Notes: generated by a model from the letters alone, not told the origin. A DNA stretch of 64,000 bases from an uncultured Candidatus Binatia bacterium (GCA_964618895.1 CAZUDO010000063.1:3279-67278), one strand, 5' to 3'. Positions 1 through 8,920 are shown, numbered from the stretch's first letter. Numbers and translations: made by a program.

Positions 1-891
1 CCTCTCGGCTCACGACATAGTCGGCATGCCGTTGCTCTACCAGGGCCACGTTTCGCGGGCGCTGCACCATTTCGAGCAGAGCATCCGATTGTACAATCCC
101 AGCGCGCACAGGATGACCATCGATCGTAACGTCTTCGCCCACTCGCATGCGGCCGAGTGTCACGTGTCCCGTGGCCATCCCGACCGGGCGCTGGCTGCGA
201 GCGAGGCGGCGGTAGCGTTGGCGAAGCGCGTGGAGCATCCGCTCACCTTGGCGCACGCGCTCACCATGGCCGGGGGTGTCCACGTCGATCGCGGCGAGTT
301 CGATCGGGGGCGGGAACGCGCCGAAGAAGTCGTGGGCCTCGCCGAGCAGCTCGGGTTTCCGGTATACCTGGAAATGGGAAGGCTTGTGCGAGGTTGGGCG
401 CGAGTCGAATTGGGAGAGGCCGAGGCGGGCCTCGCGGAGATGCAGCAGGCGCTTCTCGAGCTGGCTGCGATCGGGAGCGGGGGCGGAGCAACTGGGATCC
501 TCTGCATTCTCGCCCAGGGCCTCCGGAAGGTTGGGCGCCACGACGAGGCCCTGGGCACTCTCGGAGCCGGCATCGCGCAAGGCGAGCAACAGGGAGAGCA
601 CCACTACGACGCCGAGCTCCACCGGCTGCGGGCCGAGATTCTCCTCGACAGGGACGGCACTGCGGTCGAGGAGGCGGAGGCGCTCTTCGGCCAGTCCCTG
701 GAGATCGCCCGGCGGCAGGAGGCCAAGACGTTCGAGCTGCGCGCCGCCCCACCAGCCTGGCGCGGCTCTGGCAGCGCCAGGGCAAGCGCGCCGCCGCCCG
801 CGCCCTCCTCGCCCCGCTCTACGCCTGGTTCACCGAAGGCTTCACCACGCGCGATCTCAAAGACGCCAAGGCGCTGTTGGCGCAGATGTAG
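1..891 (+). pseudogene. 3' part of an adenylate/guanylate cyclase-AAA ATPase-TPR ('predicted ATPase') family gene, with a frameshift at 749-750
   Basis: The frame of ORF 26..919 gives TPR-like helices up to 'KTFELRAA'. Two extra C (749-750) then move the family tail '[43 protein letters not shown]' into the frame ending at 891. Open at the window start; may be a sequencing indel. Confidence 0.8.
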
Positions 892-1041
892 GCGCGTCCG
901 CCTGCGCGACCTGCGATAGAGATACGCCACACGGCGGCTTTCGCCACGGAGCTCAGCCGCAGCACTTCCGCTCGCGCGAGGTCAACTCGAGGCCGGCCGC
1001 CCCGGATGCGACGAGACGCCCTCGTTGAGACCTCGAAGATG

Positions 1042-1069
1042 GGGGCGCCACCGTGTATACGGTGGCCCC
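1042..1069. other. GC-rich hairpin (GGGGC GCCACCGT-gtat-ACGGTGGC CCC)
   Basis: Perfect 8-bp stem 1047-1054/1059-1066 with a 4-nt loop, extended by G/C runs. No U-tract. Confidence 0.55.
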
Positions 1070-1089
1070 GCCAGTTGAGGCTCACGAGA

Positions 1090-1221
1090 GGGCTGCTCGA
1101 CCACCAGGGCCACCGCGACGCGGCGCGCACGCTGCTCGCCGAGATCTACGGCTGGTTCACCGAGGGCGTCGACACGCGCGACCTGCAGGACGCCAAGGCG
1201 CTGCTCGACGACCTGGCGTAG
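1090..1221 (+). pseudogene. Orphan second copy of the cyclase-TPR C-terminal tail
   Basis: '[43 protein letters not shown]' parallels the tail ending at 891. No matching N-terminal part upstream. Confidence 0.7.
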
Positions 1222-1281
1222 ACGGTCGTCTTCCAACTGGCTCTCCCGCATACGCACGGGCTCCGCGCCCCAACCGCCCCC

Positions 1282-1995
1282 TCAGCTCGCCACCGCCCCC
1301 GCCAGCACGATCGGCCCCGTCGGCGCCGTCGACCCGCCCTCGGGCTCGATCGACACCGCGAACGCCGTGACCTCGCCGGGTCGCGGCACCGTGTCCGCGC
1401 GCGCCGCCACCGACGGCTCTGCGCCGCCGGGGAAGAGTCCCGCCGGCTCCGGCGGACGGTCGCCGCGGATGGCCCACAGCTCGTAGACCTTGCCGGCGGG
1501 CGCGGGGCCGAAGCCGGCGAGCACCACGGCGGTCTCGCCGCTGGCGGCGTCCACCAGGACACGGCCGCTGCCGCGCCCCTCGGCCGTCGGTGCCAGCGCT
1601 GCGGTGATCGTCCGCGGCCCGGAGAGGACGCGGACCACGTGCGCCTGCACTGCCAGCGCTTCGCGCAGGCCGGCGAGCGTGCGCTGCTGCTCCTCCAGGC
1701 GGACCACCAGTTGCTGACTCTGCTCCATCAGCGCGGCCAGCTCGGTTTCGCGGGTGCCCCCGCGCGTCACCTCGCGCGCCAGGAGCCCGCCCATGGCGAG
1801 CGCCACCGTCGCGGCGAGCGCGCCCGTGAGCCGCCAGCGCCGGACCGCGCCGCTACGGGCCCGCGCCGCGGCGTCGCGCCGCGCCTGCAGCAGGAGACGC
1901 GCGCGCAGCCCCGGCCGGGGCGACGTGGCGTACGCCTCGGCCAGCGCTTCCAGGGCCGCATCGTCGAGCGCACGCTCGTCGACGCCGATGGTCAC
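1282..1995 (-). CDS. rskA: Anti-sigma-K factor RskA family (short N-terminal domain, one TM helix, coiled coil, RskA C-terminal domain)
   Basis: 'GKVYELWAIRGDRPPEPAGLF' and 'FAVSIEPEGGSTAPTGPIVLAG' motifs; directly after the sigma gene. Start GTG 1995 (or 2007) is inferred. Confidence 0.85.
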   Translation of the reverse strand: MTIGVDERALDDAALEALAEAYATSPRPGLRARLLLQARRDAAARARSGAVRRWRLTGALAATVALAMGGLLAREVTRGGTRETELAALMEQSQQLVVRLEEQQRTLAGLREALAVQAHVVRVLSGPRTITAALAPTAEGRGSGRVLVDAASGETAVVLAGFGPAPAGKVYELWAIRGDRPPEPAGLFPGGAEPSVAARADTVPRPGEVTAFAVSIEPEGGSTAPTGPIVLAGAVAS

Positions 1996-1999
1996 GTCC

Positions 2000-2599
2000 T
2001 CACGCACGCGGGTCCTCTCCGGCGAACCACGCCCGCAAGCGCAGCACGCCGTCGCGAATTCTCGTCTTGACCGTCCCCAATGGCATCTGTTCCCGGGCCG
2101 CGATCTCGCTGTGCGACAGCCCCTCGAAGTACGCAATCTCGACCGCACGGCGCTGTTCGAGCGGCAGGGTCTCCAGCCCCTCCCGTACCCGCGCTGCGCG
2201 TCTCCTCTGGTCTACGGCGTCGTCGGGGGCCTCGGATGCGACCGCCGCGCTCACGTCCGTGGTGACAGTGGTTTCCGCCCGCCGGCGCGCGCCGCGCGCC
2301 CGCTGCTGGTCGAGGGTCACGTTGCGCACGATGCGGAGGAACCACGGCCGCACCGCGCCGCGGGCGGCGTCGTACCGGTCGGCGCGGTTCCACACCCGCA
2401 GGAACGCCTCCTGGACTGCGTCCTCGGCCGCCCCCGGGTCGCCGGCGATGCGGAGTGCCAGACCGTAGGCGAGCGCACCCAGGCGATCGTACAAGGCCGC
2501 GAGCGCCCCTTCGTCACCACCCGCGACGCGCGCCAGAAGCGCCGTCTCCGACTCCGCGCCCGCGACGCGCACCAGAAGCGCCGTCTCCGACTCCGCCAT
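2000..2599 (-). CDS. ECF RNA polymerase sigma factor (SigK-like) #1
   Basis: Region 2 '[13 protein letters not shown]...[15 protein letters not shown]'; region 4 '[12 protein letters not shown]...LGTVKTRIR'. Confidence 0.93.
   Translation of the reverse strand: MAESETALLVRVAGAESETALLARVAGGDEGALAALYDRLGALAYGLALRIAGDPGAAEDAVQEAFLRVWNRADRYDAARGAVRPWFLRIVRNVTLDQQRARGARRRAETTVTTDVSAAVASEAPDDAVDQRRRAARVREGLETLPLEQRRAVEIAYFEGLSHSEIAAREQMPLGTVKTRIRDGVLRLRAWFAGEDPRA
2213..2237 (-). promoter_or_regulatory. ATCC-N16-CCGTA motif inside the sigma #1 CDS, oriented toward rskA
   Basis: Exact match to the motif at 7608-7632 and 7673-7697. It uses A-ending codons (GCA, GTA) in a GC3-rich gene. Confidence 0.4.
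2521..2596. repeat. 39-bp-period tandem duplication (2 copies) in the sigma #1 N-terminus
   Basis: ccgcgacgcgc(g/a)ccagaagcgccgtctccgactccgc at 2521-2557 and 2560-2596; encodes AESETALL(V/A)RVAG twice. Confidence 0.95.
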
Positions 2600-2611
2600 C
2601 CCGGAGGCGAC

Positions 2612-3331
2612 CTACAGGACGGCGGCCTGCACCGTGATCTCCCACGCCAGCAGCACACCGACCACGACGCTCGCCACCGCCGCACAGGCGCGCACCGCCC
2701 CGTCGGCGCGCGTGAAGCGCTCGCCGATGAGCGCCAGCGGTGCTCCCAGAAGCACGCTCATGAGCGCCATGCCGCCGATGGAGCCGAGGCCGAACAGCGC
2801 CACGTAGGCGAGCGCCAGGGTGGGCGACGGAATGCTCGCCGCCACCACCAGCATGAGCCCGGCGCTGCCCGCAAGGCCGTGCACCAGGCCGATCAGAAAC
2901 GGCCGGCGCACGTGGTGGTGCCCGGTCGCCTCGTGCCGGCGGCCCGGGACGTGCACGTGCGGATGGACGTGCAGCCGCCCGCCGTGATCGTGCGTGTGGT
3001 AGTGCACCTGGCCGCCCCGCCACAGCGACCACAGCAGGTTGGTGCCGAGCCCGATCAGCATGGCCGCCACGCCGAGCTCCAGCGTCAGCGCCACACGCGC
3101 CGGAATCTGCGCGTGCAACGCAATCATCGCCACGGCCATCAGCAGGAGCGCGGTCGTGTGCCCGAGGCCCCACACCACCCCGACCAGCGACGAGCGCCAG
3201 AGCCCGCGCCGCTGACTCAAGATGGTCGAGATCGCGGCCAGGTGATCCGCATCGAGCGCGTGCCGGATACCCAGCACGAAGCCGAACCCGAGGAGCGCCA
3301 GCGGTGTGGTTGGCATCGTCGTACTCTCCAT
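2612..3331 (-). CDS. Ni/Co transporter, NiCoT/UreH(SodT)-like membrane protein
   Basis: 'GIRHALDADH' signature, 'HGLAGS' motif, His-rich loop HYHTHDH..HVHPHVH, about 6 TM helices. ATG 3331 overlaps the upstream TGA. Confidence 0.85.
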   Translation of the reverse strand: MESTTMPTTPLALLGFGFVLGIRHALDADHLAAISTILSQRRGLWRSSLVGVVWGLGHTTALLLMAVAMIALHAQIPARVALTLELGVAAMLIGLGTNLLWSLWRGGQVHYHTHDHGGRLHVHPHVHVPGRRHEATGHHHVRRPFLIGLVHGLAGSAGLMLVVAASIPSPTLALAYVALFGLGSIGGMALMSVLLGAPLALIGERFTRADGAVRACAAVASVVVGVLLAWEITVQAAVL

Positions 3332-4734
3332 CAAACGCCGATTTGTGCAAGCGCCTGCGCCACCATGGCGAGGCCCGCGACCGAGATGACCAGCGCGCTC
3401 GCCACCGGCACGTAGCGTGCGAAACGCCCGTCGAGCGGCAGGCGCTCGAAGAAGCGGCGCGCATAGACGAGCACCAGGCCGATCCCCGTCAGCACCGCCG
3501 CCAGGCCCGCGCTGAAGGCGACGATCAGGAGCAGGCCGAAGGCGACCCGTCCGAGCGCGATGGCGCCCAGCATCACCACCAGCGCCGACGGGCACGGCAG
3601 GAGCCCGCCCGACACCCCGAGCGCGACCAGGCCCCGCCAGCCGAGCGCCCCCTCGGGCGGCAGATGGGAATGGCCGTGGGGTCCATGGTCGTGTCCGTGG
3701 TGATGGTGATGGCCGTCGCCATGATCGTGTCCATGGCCCGCGCCCACGGCCCGCAGCCGGGACGACACCAGTGACGCCCCGATCGCCACCACCAGCATGC
3801 CGGACACGACGCCGAGCCACGGGAACAACCGCTCCGGCACCACGTAGTGCGACGCCATCAGGGTCACCAGGCCGAGCGCGTACACGCCGAGCGTGTGGGT
3901 GGCCGTGACCACCAGCCCGAGCACGAGCGCGTGCCGCGCCGTCCCGCGCGCCCCCACCAGGTAGGCGCCGACGACGGTCTTGCCATGCCCCGGACTGAGT
4001 CCGTGCAGGGCGCCCAGCGCCGCCGCGATGAGCAACGACGTGAGCACCACGCCCGCGCCGAGCGGCTCGCGTGTGGCGACGAGCTGGGTCAGTCGGTCGC
4101 TGAAGCGTTCGGCGCCCACGAGCGCCGCAGCCGGCGAGCGGGCGGGTGCGTCGCTCGCGCTGCCCGTCTCCACCCGGAGGCGCGCCTCGCGCACCTGCGG
4201 TGGATTCTGGAGCCGGTCGGCGGGGTACGCCCGCAGCGCCTGGCTCTGGTCCGTACGCGGCACGGTGGACTCCGCCAGCGCGACGCCCTCGCCACCGTCG
4301 GCCACCATCTCCTGCCATCCCGGCCGTCCGACGTAGTTCCGGTCCTGCAGCACGAGCGCGCCGGCGGCGCGTCCGGCCGCACGGTACGTCAGGTCGATGC
4401 GCAGCGTCGGCAGGCCTCCGGCACCGGCCACCTGCTCCATGACGCGGGTCACGGGCAGGAGTTCGACGCGCGTCCCGTCGACAGTGAGGACGAGATGGGT
4501 CGCCAGCTCGTCTGCAACCTGGGCGAGGTACGCCTCGCGCCCGCCCGCGGCGTCGACACGGCGCTGCTCCTGGTAGGCGGGTATCTCCGCCATGTCGACT
4601 ACGTATCGGACGCTGACCGTATCCGGCGCAACGCGCAACGCGGCGTAGCGATTGACAGTGAAGTTGCCGAGCGGGTGCGCTTCCACGGCCGCGGGCAACA
4701 CGAGCAGGCAGAGCGCCAGGACGCGGGCGATCAT
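3331..4734 (-). CDS. RcnA-like Ni/Co transporter with an N-terminal secreted 'HPLGNF' domain
   Basis: Signal peptide ending AVEA then HPLGNF; 'HGLSPGHGK' and 'GLLPCPSA' motifs; poly-His loop GHGHDHGDGHHHHHGHDHGPHGHSH; ATGA overlap at 4731-4734. Confidence 0.85.
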   Translation of the reverse strand: MIARVLALCLLVLPAAVEAHPLGNFTVNRYAALRVAPDTVSVRYVVDMAEIPAYQEQRRVDAAGGREAYLAQVADELATHLVLTVDGTRVELLPVTRVMEQVAGAGGLPTLRIDLTYRAAGRAAGALVLQDRNYVGRPGWQEMVADGGEGVALAESTVPRTDQSQALRAYPADRLQNPPQVREARLRVETGSASDAPARSPAAALVGAERFSDRLTQLVATREPLGAGVVLTSLLIAAALGALHGLSPGHGKTVVGAYLVGARGTARHALVLGLVVTATHTLGVYALGLVTLMASHYVVPERLFPWLGVVSGMLVVAIGASLVSSRLRAVGAGHGHDHGDGHHHHHGHDHGPHGHSHLPPEGALGWRGLVALGVSGGLLPCPSALVVMLGAIALGRVAFGLLLIVAFSAGLAAVLTGIGLVLVYARRFFERLPLDGRFARYVPVASALVISVAGLAMVAQALAQIGV

Positions 4735-6035
4735 CGGACCTCCTGTGCGAGCGCCAGACGAGGCTCGGGTGCGAGCGTCGCCAGCACAGTGCAGGCGACG
4801 GGCGCCTGGCGCAGGTCGAAGTACGGATTGATGGCGAGCGCGCGCGCCAGGTGCCGGGCGGCGCGCCGGTCGCGGCCGTGCCCCGCGGCGATCATGCCGG
4901 CGTGAAAGTGCAGCAGCGCGTCCTCGGTGCCGAGGCGAAGCGCCCGATGGGCCGCCCGCATGGCGGCGGCGTGCTGGCCGTTCTTGTAGAGCGCCCAGGC
5001 GAGCGCGTCGTCGGTGTAGATGTCGCCGCGGGTGGTCGCCTCCTGGCGGGCGAGGCGGAGCGCCTCGGGCAGGCGGCGGTCGTGGTCGGCGTAGAACAGC
5101 GCCAGCTGGCGGCCGTAGGTCGAGCCGGCGGCCTCGGCGACCCGGCCCATGTACTCGACCAGCGCGTACTGCGCTTCGGCGTCGGCCATCCGGCCGGCCG
5201 CGGCGTGCACGTCCCCCAGGGCCGCCACCATATCCGGAGCCGGCAGCTGCGCCACGGCGCGCGCGTACAGGGCCGCCGACTCGTCGAGCATGCCCTCGGC
5301 CGCACGCACACGCGCCAGGCCGGCCAGTGCCGGCGGATAGTCGGGGACGAGGTCGCGGGCGGCCGCGTACGCCTGCCCAGCCGGTGCGAGCGCGCCGGCG
5401 GCGAAGTGCTCGTGGCCGAGGTGGACGAGCGTCCAGGCGAGGCTCTCGGGATCGCGCGGGCTGCCGGCCCGGACGGCGGCCGCGAGCAGCTCGAGCGCCC
5501 CCTCGCGGTCGCCGAACAGCGAGCGCAGGAATGCGACCCGCGTGTACGCCGGCAGGCCCGGGCGCAGGTCGAGCAGACGCTGCGCCACGTCGACGGCGCG
5601 GTCGTAATCGCCGAGCTCGACGTAGGCGTCGGTGAGGGTGGCGTAGTTCCACCAATCGCGCGGCTCGCGCGCCCGCGCCGCCGCCGCCACCGCCTCTGCG
5701 CCGCGGAAGTCGTGCTGGCCGAGCAGCACCCACGCCCGCGTGCGCTCAGCCTCGTAGTGCGCCGGATCGAGCGCCAGCGCGTGCTCGACCGCCGCCATCG
5801 CCCGCCCGTAGTAGGCGGGATCCCCCGTTTCGCGCGCCTTCTGCATGAAGGCCGTGGCCAGGGTCACGTAGTGCTCGGGACGGTTCTCGCCCAGACGACG
5901 CTCGGCGGCCTCCAACGCCTGGTCGGCGCGCGACGGCGCCGCCGATGCGGGGGACCCGGGCACGAGGCCGGCGAGCGCCAGCACGAAGGCCAGCGCCCGG
6001 CCGGGTTTCCGTACGAGGTGCACGGACGCGGTCAC
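4731..6035 (-). CDS. Secreted tetratricopeptide repeat protein
   Basis: Signal peptide, 'KARETGDPAYYGRA', multiple TPR units; GTGA overlap with the DUF4331 stop. Confidence 0.85.
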   Translation of the reverse strand: MTASVHLVRKPGRALAFVLALAGLVPGSPASAAPSRADQALEAAERRLGENRPEHYVTLATAFMQKARETGDPAYYGRAMAAVEHALALDPAHYEAERTRAWVLLGQHDFRGAEAVAAAARAREPRDWWNYATLTDAYVELGDYDRAVDVAQRLLDLRPGLPAYTRVAFLRSLFGDREGALELLAAAVRAGSPRDPESLAWTLVHLGHEHFAAGALAPAGQAYAAARDLVPDYPPALAGLARVRAAEGMLDESAALYARAVAQLPAPDMVAALGDVHAAAGRMADAEAQYALVEYMGRVAEAAGSTYGRQLALFYADHDRRLPEALRLARQEATTRGDIYTDDALAWALYKNGQHAAAMRAAHRALRLGTEDALLHFHAGMIAAGHGRDRRAARHLARALAINPYFDLRQAPVACTVLATLAPEPRLALAQEVR

Positions 6036-7549
6036 TCGCCCGGATCTCGATGCCGGCGATCGCGCCCGTCGAACGGGGTGGGAAGGAACGGGAACTCGGC
6101 GGTGATGCCCTGCTCCTGAACACCGACACCGTCGCCGACGTAGTTCTGGAAATACGGCTCGCCGCCGGCGACGCGGACCACCAGGTCGGTCACGTCGTCG
6201 TTCGGCCGCCGGCCATTGGGGAAACCGGCCGGATCGGGGGTGGCGTTGCCGGCCGCATCGTGGGCGAAAGGCCCCAGGCGCTTGACGTTGGCGGCCAGAG
6301 TGGGTGGCGTCAGCAGGTTCAGGCGGAGCAGCTCGGAGTACCGCCCGTCGTTCACATCCTGATCCGCGTACTGGAGGAGCAGATGCACCACGTCGTTCCG
6401 GTCGCCCTTGGGGACCGGGACGCCGGACACCGCCTCGAGCGCGCCGGCCACGTCGAGGCGGCGGTAGAAGCGCAGGAACACGCTCTCGTCCTCCGGCTCG
6501 GTGGCGTTCCACAGGTCCTTGCTCCCGATCGCGATGATGAGCTCGTTCACCAACGGGTTCGCCATGCGCGACACCTGGATGAACTTCTTCTCGCCGCTCA
6601 GGAGCTCGCGCGGCGGCTTCCTCGGGTTGATCTTGGGCGCGCCGCGGCGGACGGTCTCCCGCTGTCGCATGGTGCTGGCGTACATGCCGATGGTGCCGGT
6701 GGCCTCGGTCGGCGCCTTGCCGTCGACGGTGAGGCGGGTCACCGGGATCTCGATCGCGATGGTGTTGATGTTGAAGCCACTGAAGTTGTTGACGCCGAAG
6801 GGGTTCGCGGTGTCGGCTGCGTCCTCGGCGGCGCTCTGCGCGGGCAGCCCGCGCCGGAGGTTCAGCGTATCGAAGACGGCGCCCAGGTCGATGGCGAAGG
6901 TCTCCGCGCGCTGGCCGGCGAAGACCCGGACGCCGGTCGCGTCGTCGGTGTAGATGCCCTGGCTGGCGAGTTGCGGGTAGTTCGGCATGGTGCGCGGGCC
7001 GATGTTGGAGGGGACGGTGAGCATCTTCTTGCCGCCGAACAGCTCGGTGCGGTCGCACTTCCGTCCGTCTTTCCGGCAGTTTCGGACTTCGGTCACGGTG
7101 AAGCGCTGCTTCCGGGCCAGGCCGGGGGCGTCGAGGCGGTCGATCGGCGGCAGCGGCCCGCCGCCGAGCGTGGCCAGGAACTGGTCGGGGTTCTCGGTCT
7201 CGGTCTGGAACGCGAACTCGTAGTTGATGTCGTCGGCCGCGCCGTCGCGGTTGTGGTCGACGTGGAGGACATAGAGGACGTGGTCGTCGAAGGCGAAGTA
7301 GTTGGGGCCGGAGCCCGGCTCCTGTCCGGGCACCACGTTCATGATGAAAGCTACGCGACGCTCGGCGAGCGGGCGCGCCACGTTGGCGGCGTCGTAGCTC
7401 ACGAAGGCGTACACGTCGGTGATGTCCGCGCCCGGGTCGAGGGTCATGAGGGGCGCTTCGCGATGACTGGCCGCGCCTGCCGGGGTCGTCCCGAGCGTGA
7501 GGGCCAGCCCGGCCGCGGCCAGGCCGCGGCAGAGTCTCGTCGTCTGCAT
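6032..7549 (-). CDS. DUF4331 family secreted protein
   Basis: 'ASHREAP', 'ADITDVYAF', 'QVSRMANPLVNE', 'GFPNGRRPNDDVTD'; SD AGGA upstream of ATG 7549. Confidence 0.9.
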   Translation of the reverse strand: MQTTRLCRGLAAAGLALTLGTTPAGAASHREAPLMTLDPGADITDVYAFVSYDAANVARPLAERRVAFIMNVVPGQEPGSGPNYFAFDDHVLYVLHVDHNRDGAADDINYEFAFQTETENPDQFLATLGGGPLPPIDRLDAPGLARKQRFTVTEVRNCRKDGRKCDRTELFGGKKMLTVPSNIGPRTMPNYPQLASQGIYTDDATGVRVFAGQRAETFAIDLGAVFDTLNLRRGLPAQSAAEDAADTANPFGVNNFSGFNINTIAIEIPVTRLTVDGKAPTEATGTIGMYASTMRQRETVRRGAPKINPRKPPRELLSGEKKFIQVSRMANPLVNELIIAIGSKDLWNATEPEDESVFLRFYRRLDVAGALEAVSGVPVPKGDRNDVVHLLLQYADQDVNDGRYSELLRLNLLTPPTLAANVKRLGPFAHDAAGNATPDPAGFPNGRRPNDDVTDLVVRVAGGEPYFQNYVGDGVGVQEQGITAEFPFLPTPFDGRDRRHRDPGE

Positions 7550-7607
7550 GGGTTCTCTTCCTTTCGTCCGTTGCCGGTTGCTGCGGGGCGCCCGCGTCAC
7601 AGGACCC

Positions 7608-7632
7608 TACGGAGGCAGAGGCGCCGGTGGAT
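7608..7632 (-). promoter_or_regulatory. Putative ECF promoter ATCC-N16-CCGTA for the DUF4331 operon
   Basis: Intergenic; reverse complement reads cATCCaccggcgcctctgcctCCGTAg. Confidence 0.65.
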
Positions 7633-7671
7633 GTCGCACCTGAGGGGGGTGCGTGCTACGAGCGCGCCAGA

Positions 7672-7697
7672 GATCCAGACGACGGGTCCCGCCCGTA
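7672..7697 (+). promoter_or_regulatory. Putative ECF promoter GATCC-N16-CCGTA for sigma #2
   Basis: gATCCagacgacgggtcccgcCCGTAc; followed by SD GAGGA (7708-7712) and GTG 7723. Confidence 0.65.
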
Positions 7698-7722
7698 CAT
7701 GCCTCCAGAGGAAGAGCATCCC

Positions 7723-8322
7723 GTGCCGTCGGCACACAGCCTGGCAGCCGTTCCACCCCGTCGGGAGGACCTCGGCGACCTGATCAGCCGCACGGCCCGG
7801 GGAGAGGAGTCCGCCCTGGCAGCCTTGTATGATCTCACCGCCGCACAGGTGAACGGCTTGGCGCTCCGCATCCTGAACGACCGGGGCGCGGCCGAGGAAG
7901 TGACCGGCGACGTGTACCTGCAGGTCTGGCGCCAGGCGGCACACTACGACGCCGACCGCGGCACGCCGCTCGCCTGGCTGCTCACGATCACGCGCAGCCG
8001 CGCCATCGACCGCCTGCGCAGTGGCGCCACGCAGCGCGCGCACACGGCACCGCTGCGGGCGGCCATCGCCTTGCCGTCGGCCGCGCCGGGGCCCGAGGAC
8101 GAGTCGCATCTCAGCCAGCGCCGGCGCTTCGTGCAGCAGGCGCTGGTGCAGCTGCCCGCCGAGCAGCGCCGCGCCATCGAGCTGGCCTACTTCGGCGGGC
8201 AGAGCCATAGTGAGATCGCGGCCACGCTCGGCGAGCCGCTCGGCACCGTGAAGACGCGCGTCCGCCTCGGCATGCGGCGGCTGCGCGACGCGCTCGGCGC
8301 CGCCGGGAAGGACGCCTTCTGA
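7723..8322 (+). CDS. ECF RNA polymerase sigma factor (SigK-like) #2
   Basis: 'AAEEVTGDVYLQVWRQAAHYDADRG..AWLLTITRSRAIDRLR', 'AYFGGQSHSEIA..LGTVKTRVR'. Start chosen from SD and promoter position; the ORF is open from 7627. Confidence 0.92.
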   Translation: MPSAHSLAAVPPRREDLGDLISRTARGEESALAALYDLTAAQVNGLALRILNDRGAAEEVTGDVYLQVWRQAAHYDADRGTPLAWLLTITRSRAIDRLRSGATQRAHTAPLRAAIALPSAAPGPEDESHLSQRRRFVQQALVQLPAEQRRAIELAYFGGQSHSEIAATLGEPLGTVKTRVRLGMRRLRDALGAAGKDAF

Positions 8323-8894
8323 TGCACACCACACTCACCGAACCCCTGCGCGAGCGCGCGGCCCTGTACGCCCTGGACGCCCTGGCGCCGGGCGAGCGTC
8401 ACGAATTCGAGCAGCATCTGGCCGGCGGGTGCGCGGTGTGTGCGTCCGAAGTGGACTCGCTCAGCGCGGTGGCGGGCAATCTCGCGCTGGCGGCCGAGCC
8501 GGTCGCACCCTCGCCCGCCGTGCGCGCCCGGGTGCTCGCCGAGGCCACGCGCCCGCAGCAGGCCACGGCCGATGCCTTCCCGCTCGTGCTGCAGGACGAG
8601 GGCACGTGGACCGAGATCGCCGCCGGCGCGCACCGCAAGATGCTCCTCGGCACGGAGACCCGGGGCGCCCTCAGCTACCTCATCCGCATGCAGCCGCGCG
8701 CGCGCGTGGGCCGGCACGTCCACGATTCGATCGAGCACTGCTACGTCGTCTCCGGCGACGCGTACATCAACGGGCGGCATCTGTTCGCCGGCGACTTCAC
8801 GGCGGCCCTCGTCGGCAGCACGCACGACGAGAGCACCACCGACGGCGGCTGCGTCCTCCTGCTCGTCGAGAGCCGGCCCGGGTTCTCGGCGTAG
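8322..8894 (+). CDS. Zinc-binding anti-sigma factor with a C-terminal ChrR-like cupin domain
   Basis: 'FEQHLAGGCAVC' ZAS-like motif; cupin 'HVHDSIEHCYVVSG' and 'GSTH'; TGATG coupling to sigma #2. Confidence 0.85.
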   Translation: MHTTLTEPLRERAALYALDALAPGERHEFEQHLAGGCAVCASEVDSLSAVAGNLALAAEPVAPSPAVRARVLAEATRPQQATADAFPLVLQDEGTWTEIAAGAHRKMLLGTETRGALSYLIRMQPRARVGRHVHDSIEHCYVVSGDAYINGRHLFAGDFTAALVGSTHDESTTDGGCVLLLVESRPGFSA

Positions 8895-8920
8895 GGGTTA
8901 CCGCCGCCGACTGCCGGCGA

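Noticed and set aside
2521-2596. 39-bp repeat as a possible CRISPR remnant
   Set aside because: Only two copies, no spacer, in-frame inside a CDS. No CRISPR array or cas gene was seen in the window.
1754-7783. Long opposite-strand or off-frame ORFs (e.g. 1754..3415+, 5945..7783+, and many elsewhere)
   Set aside because: Arg/Pro/Ala/Gly-rich shadow frames of high-GC genes that overlap genes with clear family motifs.
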